From: an uncultured Clostridia bacterium
GTDB taxonomy: Bacteria; Bacillota; Clostridia; Christensenellales; Borkfalkiaceae
Reading direction: 5' to 3'
Length of the DNA: 64,000 nucleotides
Assembly (NCBI GenBank): GCA_947174415.1
Contig: CAMWIW010000007.1
Location: forward strand, 4,557 to 68,556
How positions within the stretch are numbered: the stretch's first letter is position 1; each line of letters starts with the position of its first letter. Below are positions 53,069-62,381 of this stretch, piece by piece. Under the pieces are notes generated by a model, which had not been told where the DNA came from, did not search any database, and worked only from the letters and a program-made list of their open reading frames with translations. Both the position numbers and the translations under genes were made by a program.

Positions 53069-55195
53069 ATGAAGGTTATCAAGCGGGACGGCACGACGTG
53101 CGAATTCGACAGGAAGAAAATTGCGGTTGCAATCGGCAAGGCTAACTCTGCCGTGGACTTCGAGGACAGAATTACGGATGCGCAAATCGAGGCTATAGTA
53201 GACGATATCGCGTCCCGCCACAGAATGAGAGTTCTCGTCGAGGATATTCAGGATATGGTAGAAGAGAAGTTAATGGAGCTTCAGAAATACCAGCTCATGA
53301 AAGCTTACATTCTGTACAGATACGAGCGTGCTTTAATCCGTAAGGCAAACACCACGGACGAGAGTATTCTTTCGCTTATAAGGAACTCCAACAAGGACGT
53401 AATGGAAGAGAATTCCAACAAGAACGCCCGTACTGCGTCCACTCAGCGCGACCTTATCGCGGGCGAAGTGTCAAAGGATTTGACTAAGCGTATTCTTCTT
53501 CCCGAGCATATTTCAAAGGCTCACGAAGACGGCGCAATTCATTTCCACGACGCCGACTATTTCCTTCAACCCATTTTCAACTGCTGCCTTATTAATATTA
53601 AGGATATGCTCGAAAACGGCACTGTAATGAACGGCAAGATGATTGAAAGCCCCAAGTCTTTCCAGACGGCCTGTACCATAACTACGCAGATTATTGCGTC
53701 GGTTGCATCTTCGCAGTACGGCGGACAGTCTGTGAATATCGCGCACCTCGGAAAATATTTAAGACGCACCAAAAATAAGTACGTTCAGCAGTGCGAGGAA
53801 GAATTCGGAAATACTCTTAACGCCGAAACGAAAAAGCACTTCGTGGATATGCGCGTCAAGGAGGCGTTAAAGGCGGGCGTTCAGACTATTCAATATCAGA
53901 TTAACACGCTTATGACGACCAACGGACAATCGCCGTTCGTAACGCTGTTTTTGTATCTCGACGAAAAGGACGAGTACATCGAAGAAAACGCTATGATAAT
54001 TCAAGAAATTCTTGAACAGCGTTATCAGGGCATAAAGAACGAAAAGGGCGTTTACGTAACCCCTGCGTTCCCTAAGCTCATTTACGTATTGGACGAAAAC
54101 AACTGTCTTAAAGGCGGCAAATACGACTATATAACGAAGCTTGCGGTGAAGTGCTCTTCCAAGCGTCTTTACCCCGACTATATTTCCGCAAAGAAAATGC
54201 GTGAGTATTACGAGGGTAACGTTTTCTCGCCTATGGGCTGCCGCTCGTTCCTTTCGCCTTGGAAGGACGAAAACGGCAACTATAAATTCGAGGGCAGGTT
54301 TAATCAGGGCGTTGTTTCGATTAACCTTCCTCAATGCGGTATCCTTGCAAAAGGCGACGAAAAGAAGTTCTGGGAAATTCTGGAAGAAAGACTCGACCTT
54401 TGCTTCGAAGCTTTGATGTGCCGCCACAACGCGTTAATGGGCGTTACCAGCGACGTTTCGCCCGTGCATTGGCAGTACGGCGCAATAGCGCGGCTTGAAA
54501 GCGGAGAGAAAATCGACAAGTACCTTTTGGACGGTTATTCCACGATATCTTTGGGATATATAGGGCTCTACGAAGTTACAAAGCTTGTAAAAGGCGTTTC
54601 CCACACTACCGAAGAGGGCTTGAAATTTGCGCTTAAAGTTATGAATTCGCTCCGCGAACATTGCGAGAAGTGGAAGAAGCAAACGGGGCTCGGTTTCGGA
54701 CTTTACGGCACGCCTGCGGAAAGTCTGTGCTACCGCTTTGCAAGAATCGATAAAGAGCGTTTCGGCACTATCGAGGACGTAACCGACAAGGGCTATTATA
54801 CCAACAGCTATCACGTAGACGTGCGCGAAAATATCGACGCCTTCTCAAAATTCAACTTCGAAAGTCAATTCCAAAAGATTTCTTCGGGCGGCGCAATCTC
54901 CTACGTTGAAATTCCAAATATGCGCCAAAACCTTACCGCTATGGAAGACGTCGTTCGCTTTATTTACGACAACATTCAGTACGCGGAATTCAACACCAAA
55001 TCGGACTACTGCCACGTTTGCGGTTTTGACGGCGAAATCGTAATTAACGAGGACAACGAGTGGGAGTGCCCCGTCTGCCACAACAAGGACCAACGCAAAA
55101 TGAACGTAACCCGCCGCACCTGCGGTTACCTTGGCGAAAACTTCTGGAACGTGGGTAAGACCAAGGAAATTAAGTCGCGCGTTTTACACCTTTAA
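53069..55195 (+). CDS. nrdD: Anaerobic ribonucleoside-triphosphate reductase
   Basis: ATP-cone N-terminus MKVIKRDG, a C-terminal Zn ribbon, and the glycyl-radical motif RRTCGYLG. Confidence 0.95.
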   Translation: MKVIKRDGTTCEFDRKKIAVAIGKANSAVDFEDRITDAQIEAIVDDIASRHRMRVLVEDIQDMVEEKLMELQKYQLMKAYILYRYERALIRKANTTDESILSLIRNSNKDVMEENSNKNARTASTQRDLIAGEVSKDLTKRILLPEHISKAHEDGAIHFHDADYFLQPIFNCCLINIKDMLENGTVMNGKMIESPKSFQTACTITTQIIASVASSQYGGQSVNIAHLGKYLRRTKNKYVQQCEEEFGNTLNAETKKHFVDMRVKEALKAGVQTIQYQINTLMTTNGQSPFVTLFLYLDEKDEYIEENAMIIQEILEQRYQGIKNEKGVYVTPAFPKLIYVLDENNCLKGGKYDYITKLAVKCSSKRLYPDYISAKKMREYYEGNVFSPMGCRSFLSPWKDENGNYKFEGRFNQGVVSINLPQCGILAKGDEKKFWEILEERLDLCFEALMCRHNALMGVTSDVSPVHWQYGAIARLESGEKIDKYLLDGYSTISLGYIGLYEVTKLVKGVSHTTEEGLKFALKVMNSLREHCEKWKKQTGLGFGLYGTPAESLCYRFARIDKERFGTIEDVTDKGYYTNSYHVDVRENIDAFSKFNFESQFQKISSGGAISYVEIPNMRQNLTAMEDVVRFIYDNIQYAEFNTKSDYCHVCGFDGEIVINEDNEWECPVCHNKDQRKMNVTRRTCGYLGENFWNVGKTKEIKSRVLHL

Positions 55196-55200
55196 TAGAC

Positions 55201-55238
55201 GATTGATGCCCACATATGCCTCAAATAAAGCGTTTTTT
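55201..55238 (+). repeat. C5-ATATG dispersed repeat
   Basis: gattgatgcccacatatgcctcaaataaagcgtttttt, 6 nt after the nrdD stop. A decayed inverted partner lies at 55248-55269 (gaacgctgtgcgggcaattaaa). Confidence 0.65.
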
Positions 55239-55293
55239 GTTTGATTTGAACGCTGTGCGGGCAATTAAAATACAAGGATAAACGGTAACGTTT

Positions 55294-55827
55294 ATGAACT
55301 ATGCTACAATAAAATGGTACGATGTTTCCAACGGACCGGGGGTAAGAGTTTCTCTGTACGTTTCGGGTTGCCGAAACCACTGCAAGAATTGCTTTAACCC
55401 CGAAACTTGGGACTTTAACTACGGCGAGCCTTTTACAAAAGACGTTGAAAAGAAAATAATTGACGGGCTTAAACCCGATTACATAAAGGGCTTTACGCTT
55501 CTCGGCGGCGACCCGTTCGAGCCCGAAAACCAAGCGGTTTTAGCTCCCTTTTTGGAAAAACTTAGAAAGGCGTACCCTACAAAATCTTTTTGGGCATTTA
55601 CAGGCTACGACTACGAAAGGGATTTGCTAACGGGCAAGCTCGGAGACGTCTCTACGGTAATGCGTATGCTCAACTGTCTTGACGTTCTAGTGGACGGCAA
55701 ATTCGTTGAAGAATTAAAGGATTTAAATCTGAAATTCCGCGGCTCTTCAAACCAGAGAATTATACTGATTAAACCCTCTTTAAAGGAAGACAAAGTTATT
55801 CTTTGGGACGAGGAAACCGTGGTTTAA
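55294..55827 (+). CDS. nrdG: Anaerobic RNR activating protein (radical SAM)
   Basis: CRNHCKNCFNPETW cluster. Confidence 0.9.
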   Translation: MNYATIKWYDVSNGPGVRVSLYVSGCRNHCKNCFNPETWDFNYGEPFTKDVEKKIIDGLKPDYIKGFTLLGGDPFEPENQAVLAPFLEKLRKAYPTKSFWAFTGYDYERDLLTGKLGDVSTVMRMLNCLDVLVDGKFVEELKDLNLKFRGSSNQRIILIKPSLKEDKVILWDEETVV

Positions 55828-55860
55828 CCGCCACATATGCCGCAACTAACGCAATTTAAC
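55822..55860 (+). repeat. C5-ATATG dispersed repeat
   Basis: gtttaaccgccacatatgccgcaactaacgcaatttaac, containing the nrdG stop codon. Confidence 0.6.
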
Positions 55861-55873
55861 AAGGAAAATACCA

Positions 55874-56353
55874 ATGAAAAACAGTGTAAAAATTCACGGC
55901 TCTAAGATTAAAAAAATGCAAGTTAACATAAAAAAACTAAACGATAAGGCAATTTTGCCCACTTACGGCAGCGAATTTGCCGCCGGCGCAGACTTGTATG
56001 CTTGTATCGAAGAAGATTTGACCATAAACCCGCACGAAACGGTGCTCGTACCTACGGGGCTTGCAATGGAATTGCCCCTCGGATATGCGGGACTTATTTA
56101 TGCAAGAAGCGGGCTTGCGACTAAAAAAGGGCTTGCGCCCGCAAACAAAGTCGGCGTAGTTGACTGCGACTACCGCGGCGAGGTTAAGGTTGCTTTGCAC
56201 AACCATTCGGAAGTCGCCCAAACCGTAGCCGTCGGCGAAAGGCTTGCACAGCTCGTCATAACGCCCTATCTTACGGCGGAGTTCATTGAACAGTCCGAGC
56301 TATCCGATACCGTTCGCGGCGGCGGCGGGTTCGGTTCAACGGGTACAAAGTAA
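55874..56353 (+). CDS. dut: dUTP diphosphatase
   Basis: AAGADLYA, ARSGLATKKG, RGGGGFGSTG. An alternative start at 55916 (MQVNIKKL) fits homologues better. Confidence 0.85.
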   Translation: MKNSVKIHGSKIKKMQVNIKKLNDKAILPTYGSEFAAGADLYACIEEDLTINPHETVLVPTGLAMELPLGYAGLIYARSGLATKKGLAPANKVGVVDCDYRGEVKVALHNHSEVAQTVAVGERLAQLVITPYLTAEFIEQSELSDTVRGGGGFGSTGTK

Positions 56354-56355
56354 TC

Positions 56356-56382
56356 AAGGCACGCTTTAAAGCGTGCCTTTTT
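56356..56382 (+). terminator. Terminator after dut
   Basis: Stem aaggcacgc / gcgtgcctt followed by ttt. Confidence 0.75.
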
Positions 56383-56475
56383 AAATTTCGTTATTAAGTA
56401 ATATTTTTACTATTGCTCTTGACGGGTCGGCTTTTAAACTATATAATGTTAGTATAAAAGACATGGGGGATAGCT

Positions 56476-57408
56476 ATGTATTATATGGGGCTCGACGTCG
56501 GTGGGACGACGGTTAAAGGAATTGTAATTGACGAAGCGGGGAAAATAATCTGTGAGGACGCTGTTCCTACCCGCGTCGGCGAAGAGCTTTTGGGCTGTAT
56601 TGAAGAGCTTGCGGACAGACTTGTTCTTCACTCGGGCAAAACGTATTCCAAGTTAAGCGGAATAGGCGTGTGTTGCCCCGGCACTATAGACGAAAACGGT
56701 TCAGTGGTCTTTGCGGGCAATTTAAAGTTGAAAAATTATCCCCTTAAAGAGCTATTATCTAAACGCCTTGGAGTGTCAGTTAAAGTTTTGAACGACGCAA
56801 ACGCCGCCGCACTCGGTGAAGCCAGGTTCGGTGCAGGCAAGGGATATTCGGACAGCGTACTTATAACTCTCGGCACAGGCGTGGGCGGAGGAATAGTTAT
56901 TGGCGGCAAGCTGTTCGAGGGCAATAAAGGCGCAGGAGCGGAATTAGGCCATATGGTAATCGAGCGCGGAGGAAATATGTGCTCGTGCGGCAGAAGGGGC
57001 TGTTTCGAAGCTTACTGCTCGGCACGCGCTTTAACCGCAAGAACCAAATGGGCAATGGAAGAGGACACCTCTTCCGAAATGTGGAAAACTTATTCGTATT
57101 CTACCGCAGACGGCAGAACGGCGTTCGAATATATGGATTGCGACAGAACGGCACGCCTCGTCGTAAATTGGTACTTAAAATACCTCGCTTGCGGCATAAC
57201 TAACATTGCGAACATTTTCCGCCCCGAAGTAATTTTAATCGGCGGCGGAGTGGCGGCGCAAGGCTCGCGACTTATAATACCTTTACAAAAACTCGTTAAC
57301 GAAGAACTTTTCGGCACAGCCGACTACGCACCCGTAAAAATAGAGTGTGCGTCCCTCGGCAACAGAGCGGGCGGCTACGGTGCAGCCGCTGCCGCTATGG
57401 AACGGTAA
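56476..57408 (+). CDS. glcK: ROK-family glucokinase
   Basis: GLDVGGTTVKG and the zinc motif CSCGRRGCFEAY. Confidence 0.8.
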   Translation: MYYMGLDVGGTTVKGIVIDEAGKIICEDAVPTRVGEELLGCIEELADRLVLHSGKTYSKLSGIGVCCPGTIDENGSVVFAGNLKLKNYPLKELLSKRLGVSVKVLNDANAAALGEARFGAGKGYSDSVLITLGTGVGGGIVIGGKLFEGNKGAGAELGHMVIERGGNMCSCGRRGCFEAYCSARALTARTKWAMEEDTSSEMWKTYSYSTADGRTAFEYMDCDRTARLVVNWYLKYLACGITNIANIFRPEVILIGGGVAAQGSRLIIPLQKLVNEELFGTADYAPVKIECASLGNRAGGYGAAAAAMER

Positions 57409-57419
57409 AGAGGTGAAAA

Positions 57420-58028
57420 ATGAAAAGCGACATTCCCGTAACCAGCCTTCAACGGCTGCCCGTTTATCTTAATTATCTGAAAACCCTTACGTCGGACGGC
57501 TATATTTCGTCCGGTGCGATTGCGCGCGCTCTCGGAATGGGCGAGGTGCTTGTAAGAAAAGATTTGGCTTATACTTCTGCACAAGGCAGAACCCGCGTCG
57601 GTTATTCGTGCGGCGAGCTTATAGCCGCCCTTGAAGATTACCTCGGCTGTAATGATAAAAAGAAAGCTGTTATAATCGGCGCAGGCGAACTCGGCAAGGC
57701 GCTTTTATCGTACGGCGGGTTTTTAAATTACGGCATAGAAATAGTCGCCGCTTTTGATAGCGACAGTGCGAAAGTTGGCACATATGTGGGGGGTAAACCC
57801 ATTTTTGACGCAAAAAACGCCAAAGAAAAGATAGGCGAATTGAATGCCCGTCTTGCGGTTTTGTGCGTACCCGCGCGCGAAGCTCAGGCGGTTGCGGATA
57901 CGCTCGTGGACTGCGGCGTAATGAAAATTCTGAACTTTGCGCCCGTTTTGCTTAAAGTAAAAGACGGGGCAATCGTAAGAAATATTGACGTAGCCGCAAG
58001 TCTTGCGATACTTTCAAGTATGATTTAA
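57420..58028 (+). CDS. rex: Redox-sensing transcriptional repressor Rex
   Basis: RLPVYLNYLK winged helix and Rossmann motif IIGAGELGKAL. Confidence 0.9.
   Translation: MKSDIPVTSLQRLPVYLNYLKTLTSDGYISSGAIARALGMGEVLVRKDLAYTSAQGRTRVGYSCGELIAALEDYLGCNDKKKAVIIGAGELGKALLSYGGFLNYGIEIVAAFDSDSAKVGTYVGGKPIFDAKNAKEKIGELNARLAVLCVPAREAQAVADTLVDCGVMKILNFAPVLLKVKDGAIVRNIDVAASLAILSSMI
57774..57800 (-). repeat. C5-ATATG repeat core inside rex
   Basis: The reverse complement reads gggtttaccccccacatatgtgccaac. It encodes GTYVGGKP. Confidence 0.5.
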
Positions 58029-58043
58029 TTTCAAGGAGACGGA

Positions 58044-61000
58044 GTGAAAAAATTCTTTTCATTTATAATAAAACAGTCGGTGGCGATAGTTCTTATCGTC
58101 ATCTTTGTTTTAGGTTTCGGAATTTATTCAACGACTAAAATGTCCGTAAATCTTTTGCCGGATATAAGTATTCCTATGGTCTGCGTACAGGTAATTTACC
58201 CCGGCGTAGGTGCGCAATCGGTAGAAAAGGACGTTACGGAAAAGCTGGAAGACGGACTTTCTTCCATAAGCGGAATAACGGGCGTAGACAGCTATTCTTA
58301 CGACAATTTATCTGCGGTTGTGCTTTCATTCGATTACGGAACTGACACTACGGACAAGAAAACCGATATTCAAAACAAACTCTCTTCAATCGATTTGCCA
58401 GACAGCGTAATCACTTCGGTTTACGACATTGACCTCAACGCAGAAGCGCTTGCAACTCTTTCGGTTACTTCCGAAATAGGGGAAACGGACGACGACAGGC
58501 TTAAAAACGCGTATTCGTCGGCAGAAGCTATTGCGGCGAAAATTTCCGCTATTGACGGCGTTGAAAGCGTAGAAATAAAGGGCGGTGCGGAAATTTCTTA
58601 CGAAGTTACGCCATTTATCGGACTTGAACTTATTGCGCCACTTCTCGTGCAGGCGTTCTCTTACGGGGAGTTGGATTTGCCTCTCGGCAACCTGACAGAG
58701 GAGGGCGGAACTGTTCAGATCCGCAACAATTCGGACGTTGCCAAGGCTGAAGATATTGAGAATATGCCGCTAAAACTTCCCTCTTCGCTTGTCGCGCTCT
58801 TATCGTCTGTGAAGCAGGTTATGGGATACTACGAGGACAGCACGGTAGAAGAGTTGGAAAAACTGCGCGAAGATTTGGGAGAAGGCGTAATTGCCGTTTT
58901 GCAACAAATCGACGAAATGAGCGCAGAAGAGGTAGACGACTTATCTCGACTTAAAACTTATATGAATATTGCGGGCAACTATACCGCAGAGCAGTTAAAG
59001 AGCTTCAAAAGCAGCAGAATTTACAGCGAAATTTCAAAGCAAGTCGAAGGCAAGGACGATGACGAAATAGACGACCTTGCAGAAGATATAAAAGCCGCGT
59101 ACCCGCTGTTTGCCGATTACCTGACCGCAGATATGTTAAAAGTCGTACGCGACGGCAAAATCGATTTGATAATCGACTTCCGTGAAAGTTATCTTGAAAA
59201 GAAAGACGACTATAATCCCGACGAGTTTTACGAGCTTTCGACAGAGGACTATTTTGTGCTTGAAACGCGGTTCGTTCAAGTATATTCTGGGGTATACGAC
59301 TATAATAACCTTGCCGAAAGCGATATAACCACTGTAAATAATAATATCGAATTTGCCAAAAAAACTTCGGCAACGGGGCTTAAAAACATAGCAGACAAAA
59401 AAGAAAAAGAGGGAGATAATTACAATCCCACGGACGCAGAATGTGCCCTTCTTTTTACCGCAACGGAGCTTTCAAGCGAGCACCCCATAATCACTTCGCC
59501 CACGTTCATTGCCTTTGTAAGAAGCGACAGCTATGAAGAAAATATGGAGCGCCTTATCGAATACCGCGGCGAAGTCGGAGAAGAGTTTACCGCCGACGAG
59601 TGGGACGAACTGTATACAAGTCTTGACTTGGCGGGCGTTTTCGAATTCAGACTTTCCAAACAGCTTTTCGGCTTTATAATGGATACCGACTTTTCAGACA
59701 CGGTAGGCGGCGAAAAAGTTGTCAAGGTGATTGAAGTAGCCAACGTTAACACAGTTCGAACTTTTTCATCTTACGTCTACTTCGGCGGAGGTTCTGCAAC
59801 GATTGTCAAAGGTGCGATAATCGAAGTCTACAAATCTAACGGCGCAAATTCTTCCCGTGTGGTGGACGAGGTAAAAAAGGTTTACGCCGAATATCTTGCC
59901 GGAGCGGAAGCAAACGGCGCTAACGTGGTTCTTTTAGACGACCAATCGGAGTTTATCTCGGACAGTATTTCAAACGTCCTTGTCAGTATGCTTATAGGCG
60001 GCGCTCTTGCCGTTCTTATAATCTTCGTATTTTTAAAGAAGGTCCGCACCTCGCTAATCGTTGCAATAACTATGCCGCTTTCAGTGCTTGCCGCACTTAT
60101 CTGTCTGTTTCTTATGGGCATAACCTTAAATATGGTTTCCCTAGGCGGGCTTGCCGTAGGTATAGGAATGCTCGTGGATAACAGTATCGTCGTAATAGAA
60201 AGTATATCCAAGCACCGCGACAAAGACAAAACCGCCTTTGAGGCGGCGGTTGACGGTACGACTGAGGTTGGCGGCGCATTGTTCGGTTCAACGCTGACAA
60301 CGGTGTGCGTATTCATTCCCATTATCTTTTCGGGCGGGCTCACGGGCGAAATTTTCACGGATTTAAGTTGGGCGGTTATATGGTCGTTAACGTTCTCGCT
60401 GATTGTTGCAGTAACCGTTATTCCCGCGCTTTACGCTCTCTTTGGCGGCAAAAAGCGGCTTTTAAAGGGTGGAAGATTATCAGCTTCGATTACGGGCGAG
60501 CAGCCTCAAAACTATGAAGAAAAAGCCTCGAAAACGGCACATATTACGGGGGCAATTCAAGAAAACACGCTTTTGACGGCAAAATCGGCTGAAAATGCGC
60601 AAATTTGCGTAGACCCCGATATATGTGCCAACGAAACGCAAATTCCCGACAAAAAACCGTTTAAAGAAAAACTTGCCGTGTTGAGGCAGTCCAAAATAAT
60701 GGACGCTATATCGAATTTCTACGGCAAGCTTCTTCCCAAAGTATTAAATAAAAAACTCGTAACCGTTTTGACCGCCGTAGTCATATTCGGCGCAAGCATC
60801 GGGCTTCTGTTTTTGACTGGTTCGGAATTTCTTCCTTCTATCGATAAAGGGCAAATAGAAGTTAATATGACCTACGGCTCAAACGCGGACTTGAACGACA
60901 TCCAAGACGACGTTTACGCCTTTGCGCAAAGGATACAAAGTGAAATTCCCGACGTGGATTACGTTTCCGTCAGCGTCGGTAAGCAGGGGCTTCTCGCCCT

Positions 61001-62258
61001 GACAGATACGGGGCTTATTAAAGTTCAGCTCAATACCAACCGCGGGACGGATAAGGTCGTGGAGAAAATCCGTGCATTGACTGACAGTGAAAATAAGCCC
61101 GTCGGCACTGTTACGGTCAAAGAAATCGACGGGGTAGTGGCGTCTCTTATGTCTGGTGCTGACGATTTGTCTGTAACTATAGTCGGCGAAGACGGCGAAA
61201 CATTGAAGCAAATTGCCCACGAAATTTCTTTAAAGCTTGAAGAAAATAAGTTTACCGACGTCAAGAACAGCTCAACTGAAACGGCAACGGAATTCGATTT
61301 GCGCTTTGACAGAATGAAAATGTCGGAGCTTGGACTTGATTATCAGACGCTTGTTTTAACGCTTAGAATAGGGCTTGCGTCGTATACTGCATGCACCGTT
61401 ACGATTGACGGCTCAACTTACGATTTGAACGTTAAGTTCGACGAAAATTCAGTGCCCTCGGTAGAGGCGTTGAAGGACTTCGTCGTTGGTGCTGACGGGG
61501 ACGGAAAAGCCGTGAAACTAAGGGATATATGCGGGGTAACCGAGAAAAAAGTAGAGGCTTGCATAAGGAGAACCAACGGAAAACAGATGATTTCCGTGTC
61601 GGCGGCGTTGCACGGAGTGGATACGGGCACGGCGTCGAAGCAAATGCAGAACATTGCCAAAGAAGTGCTTTCCAACCCCGAGTATGCGGGATACGGTTTC
61701 GAGTCAAGCGGCATATCCAGCTATCTTACCGACGCGTTCGAGGGGCTTGCGGTTGCGCTCGTGATTTCGTTCTTCTTATTATTTGCGGTAATGGCTGTAC
61801 AGTTCTCGTCGGCGGTTAAGCCGCTGATAGTTATGGCAAGTATACCGTTCAGTTTTACGGGCGGGTTTGTTGCGCTCGTAATAACGGGCACGAGCCTTAA
61901 CGTCGTGTCATTTATAGGATTGATAATGTTAATGGGCGTTGTTGTCAACAATGCAATCGTTATGCTCGAAAAGATTAAACAGCTTCACGACGAGGGAATG
62001 GAGCACTTCACTGCCGTGCAGGAAGCCTGCAAAGTGCGTTTAAGACCTATTTTTATGACCACGCTGACGACTATTCTCGCTCTCATTCCGATGGCGATAG
62101 GCGTAGGGCAGGGCAGCGAGCTTATGCAGCCTCTCGGCATAGTGGTTATCGGCGGGCTTCTAATAGGTACGCTCGTTACCCTTCTTCTCGTGCCGACGGT
62201 CTACTGCGCCGTACATAGGCTTTCTTCCAAAAATCCAAACGGTAAGCGTTCCGCTTAA
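58044..62258 (+). CDS. RND-superfamily efflux transporter, oversized (1404 aa)
   Basis: GTG start 15 nt after rex. AcrB-like N-terminus and 12-TM architecture. It carries a roughly 330-aa acidic insertion in the first extracytoplasmic domain and a roughly 95-aa central linker. Confidence 0.85.
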   Translation: MKKFFSFIIKQSVAIVLIVIFVLGFGIYSTTKMSVNLLPDISIPMVCVQVIYPGVGAQSVEKDVTEKLEDGLSSISGITGVDSYSYDNLSAVVLSFDYGTDTTDKKTDIQNKLSSIDLPDSVITSVYDIDLNAEALATLSVTSEIGETDDDRLKNAYSSAEAIAAKISAIDGVESVEIKGGAEISYEVTPFIGLELIAPLLVQAFSYGELDLPLGNLTEEGGTVQIRNNSDVAKAEDIENMPLKLPSSLVALLSSVKQVMGYYEDSTVEELEKLREDLGEGVIAVLQQIDEMSAEEVDDLSRLKTYMNIAGNYTAEQLKSFKSSRIYSEISKQVEGKDDDEIDDLAEDIKAAYPLFADYLTADMLKVVRDGKIDLIIDFRESYLEKKDDYNPDEFYELSTEDYFVLETRFVQVYSGVYDYNNLAESDITTVNNNIEFAKKTSATGLKNIADKKEKEGDNYNPTDAECALLFTATELSSEHPIITSPTFIAFVRSDSYEENMERLIEYRGEVGEEFTADEWDELYTSLDLAGVFEFRLSKQLFGFIMDTDFSDTVGGEKVVKVIEVANVNTVRTFSSYVYFGGGSATIVKGAIIEVYKSNGANSSRVVDEVKKVYAEYLAGAEANGANVVLLDDQSEFISDSISNVLVSMLIGGALAVLIIFVFLKKVRTSLIVAITMPLSVLAALICLFLMGITLNMVSLGGLAVGIGMLVDNSIVVIESISKHRDKDKTAFEAAVDGTTEVGGALFGSTLTTVCVFIPIIFSGGLTGEIFTDLSWAVIWSLTFSLIVAVTVIPALYALFGGKKRLLKGGRLSASITGEQPQNYEEKASKTAHITGAIQENTLLTAKSAENAQICVDPDICANETQIPDKKPFKEKLAVLRQSKIMDAISNFYGKLLPKVLNKKLVTVLTAVVIFGASIGLLFLTGSEFLPSIDKGQIEVNMTYGSNADLNDIQDDVYAFAQRIQSEIPDVDYVSVSVGKQGLLALTDTGLIKVQLNTNRGTDKVVEKIRALTDSENKPVGTVTVKEIDGVVASLMSGADDLSVTIVGEDGETLKQIAHEISLKLEENKFTDVKNSSTETATEFDLRFDRMKMSELGLDYQTLVLTLRIGLASYTACTVTIDGSTYDLNVKFDENSVPSVEALKDFVVGADGDGKAVKLRDICGVTEKKVEACIRRTNGKQMISVSAALHGVDTGTASKQMQNIAKEVLSNPEYAGYGFESSGISSYLTDAFEGLAVALVISFFLLFAVMAVQFSSAVKPLIVMASIPFSFTGGFVALVITGTSLNVVSFIGLIMLMGVVVNNAIVMLEKIKQLHDEGMEHFTAVQEACKVRLRPIFMTTLTTILALIPMAIGVGQGSELMQPLGIVVIGGLLIGTLVTLLLVPTVYCAVHRLSSKNPNGKRSA
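60531..60561 (-). repeat. C5-ATATG dispersed repeat inside the RND central linker
   Basis: The reverse complement reads cttgaattgcccccgtaatatgtgccgtttt. It encodes KTAHITGAIQ. Confidence 0.65.
60607..60644 (+). repeat. C5-ATATG dispersed repeat inside the RND central linker, inverted relative to 60531
   Basis: gcgtagaccccgatatatgtgccaacgaaacgcaaatt, encoding VDPDICANETQI. Confidence 0.65.
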
Positions 62259-62301
62259 CTAATTGCCTCACCGTCGAACCGATCAATCGCAATTCAAACG
62301 T

Positions 62302-62345
62302 AACCGCCCGCGGGCTTTTTGCCCGCGGGCGGCGTTTTCTTTTTA
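62302..62345 (+). terminator. Terminator after the RND gene
   Basis: Stem aaccgcccgcgggc / gcccgcgggcgg followed by cgttttctttttaa. Confidence 0.8.
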
Positions 62346-62381
62346 AACATACGGGCGCGCGTATAACAATATATATATAAT

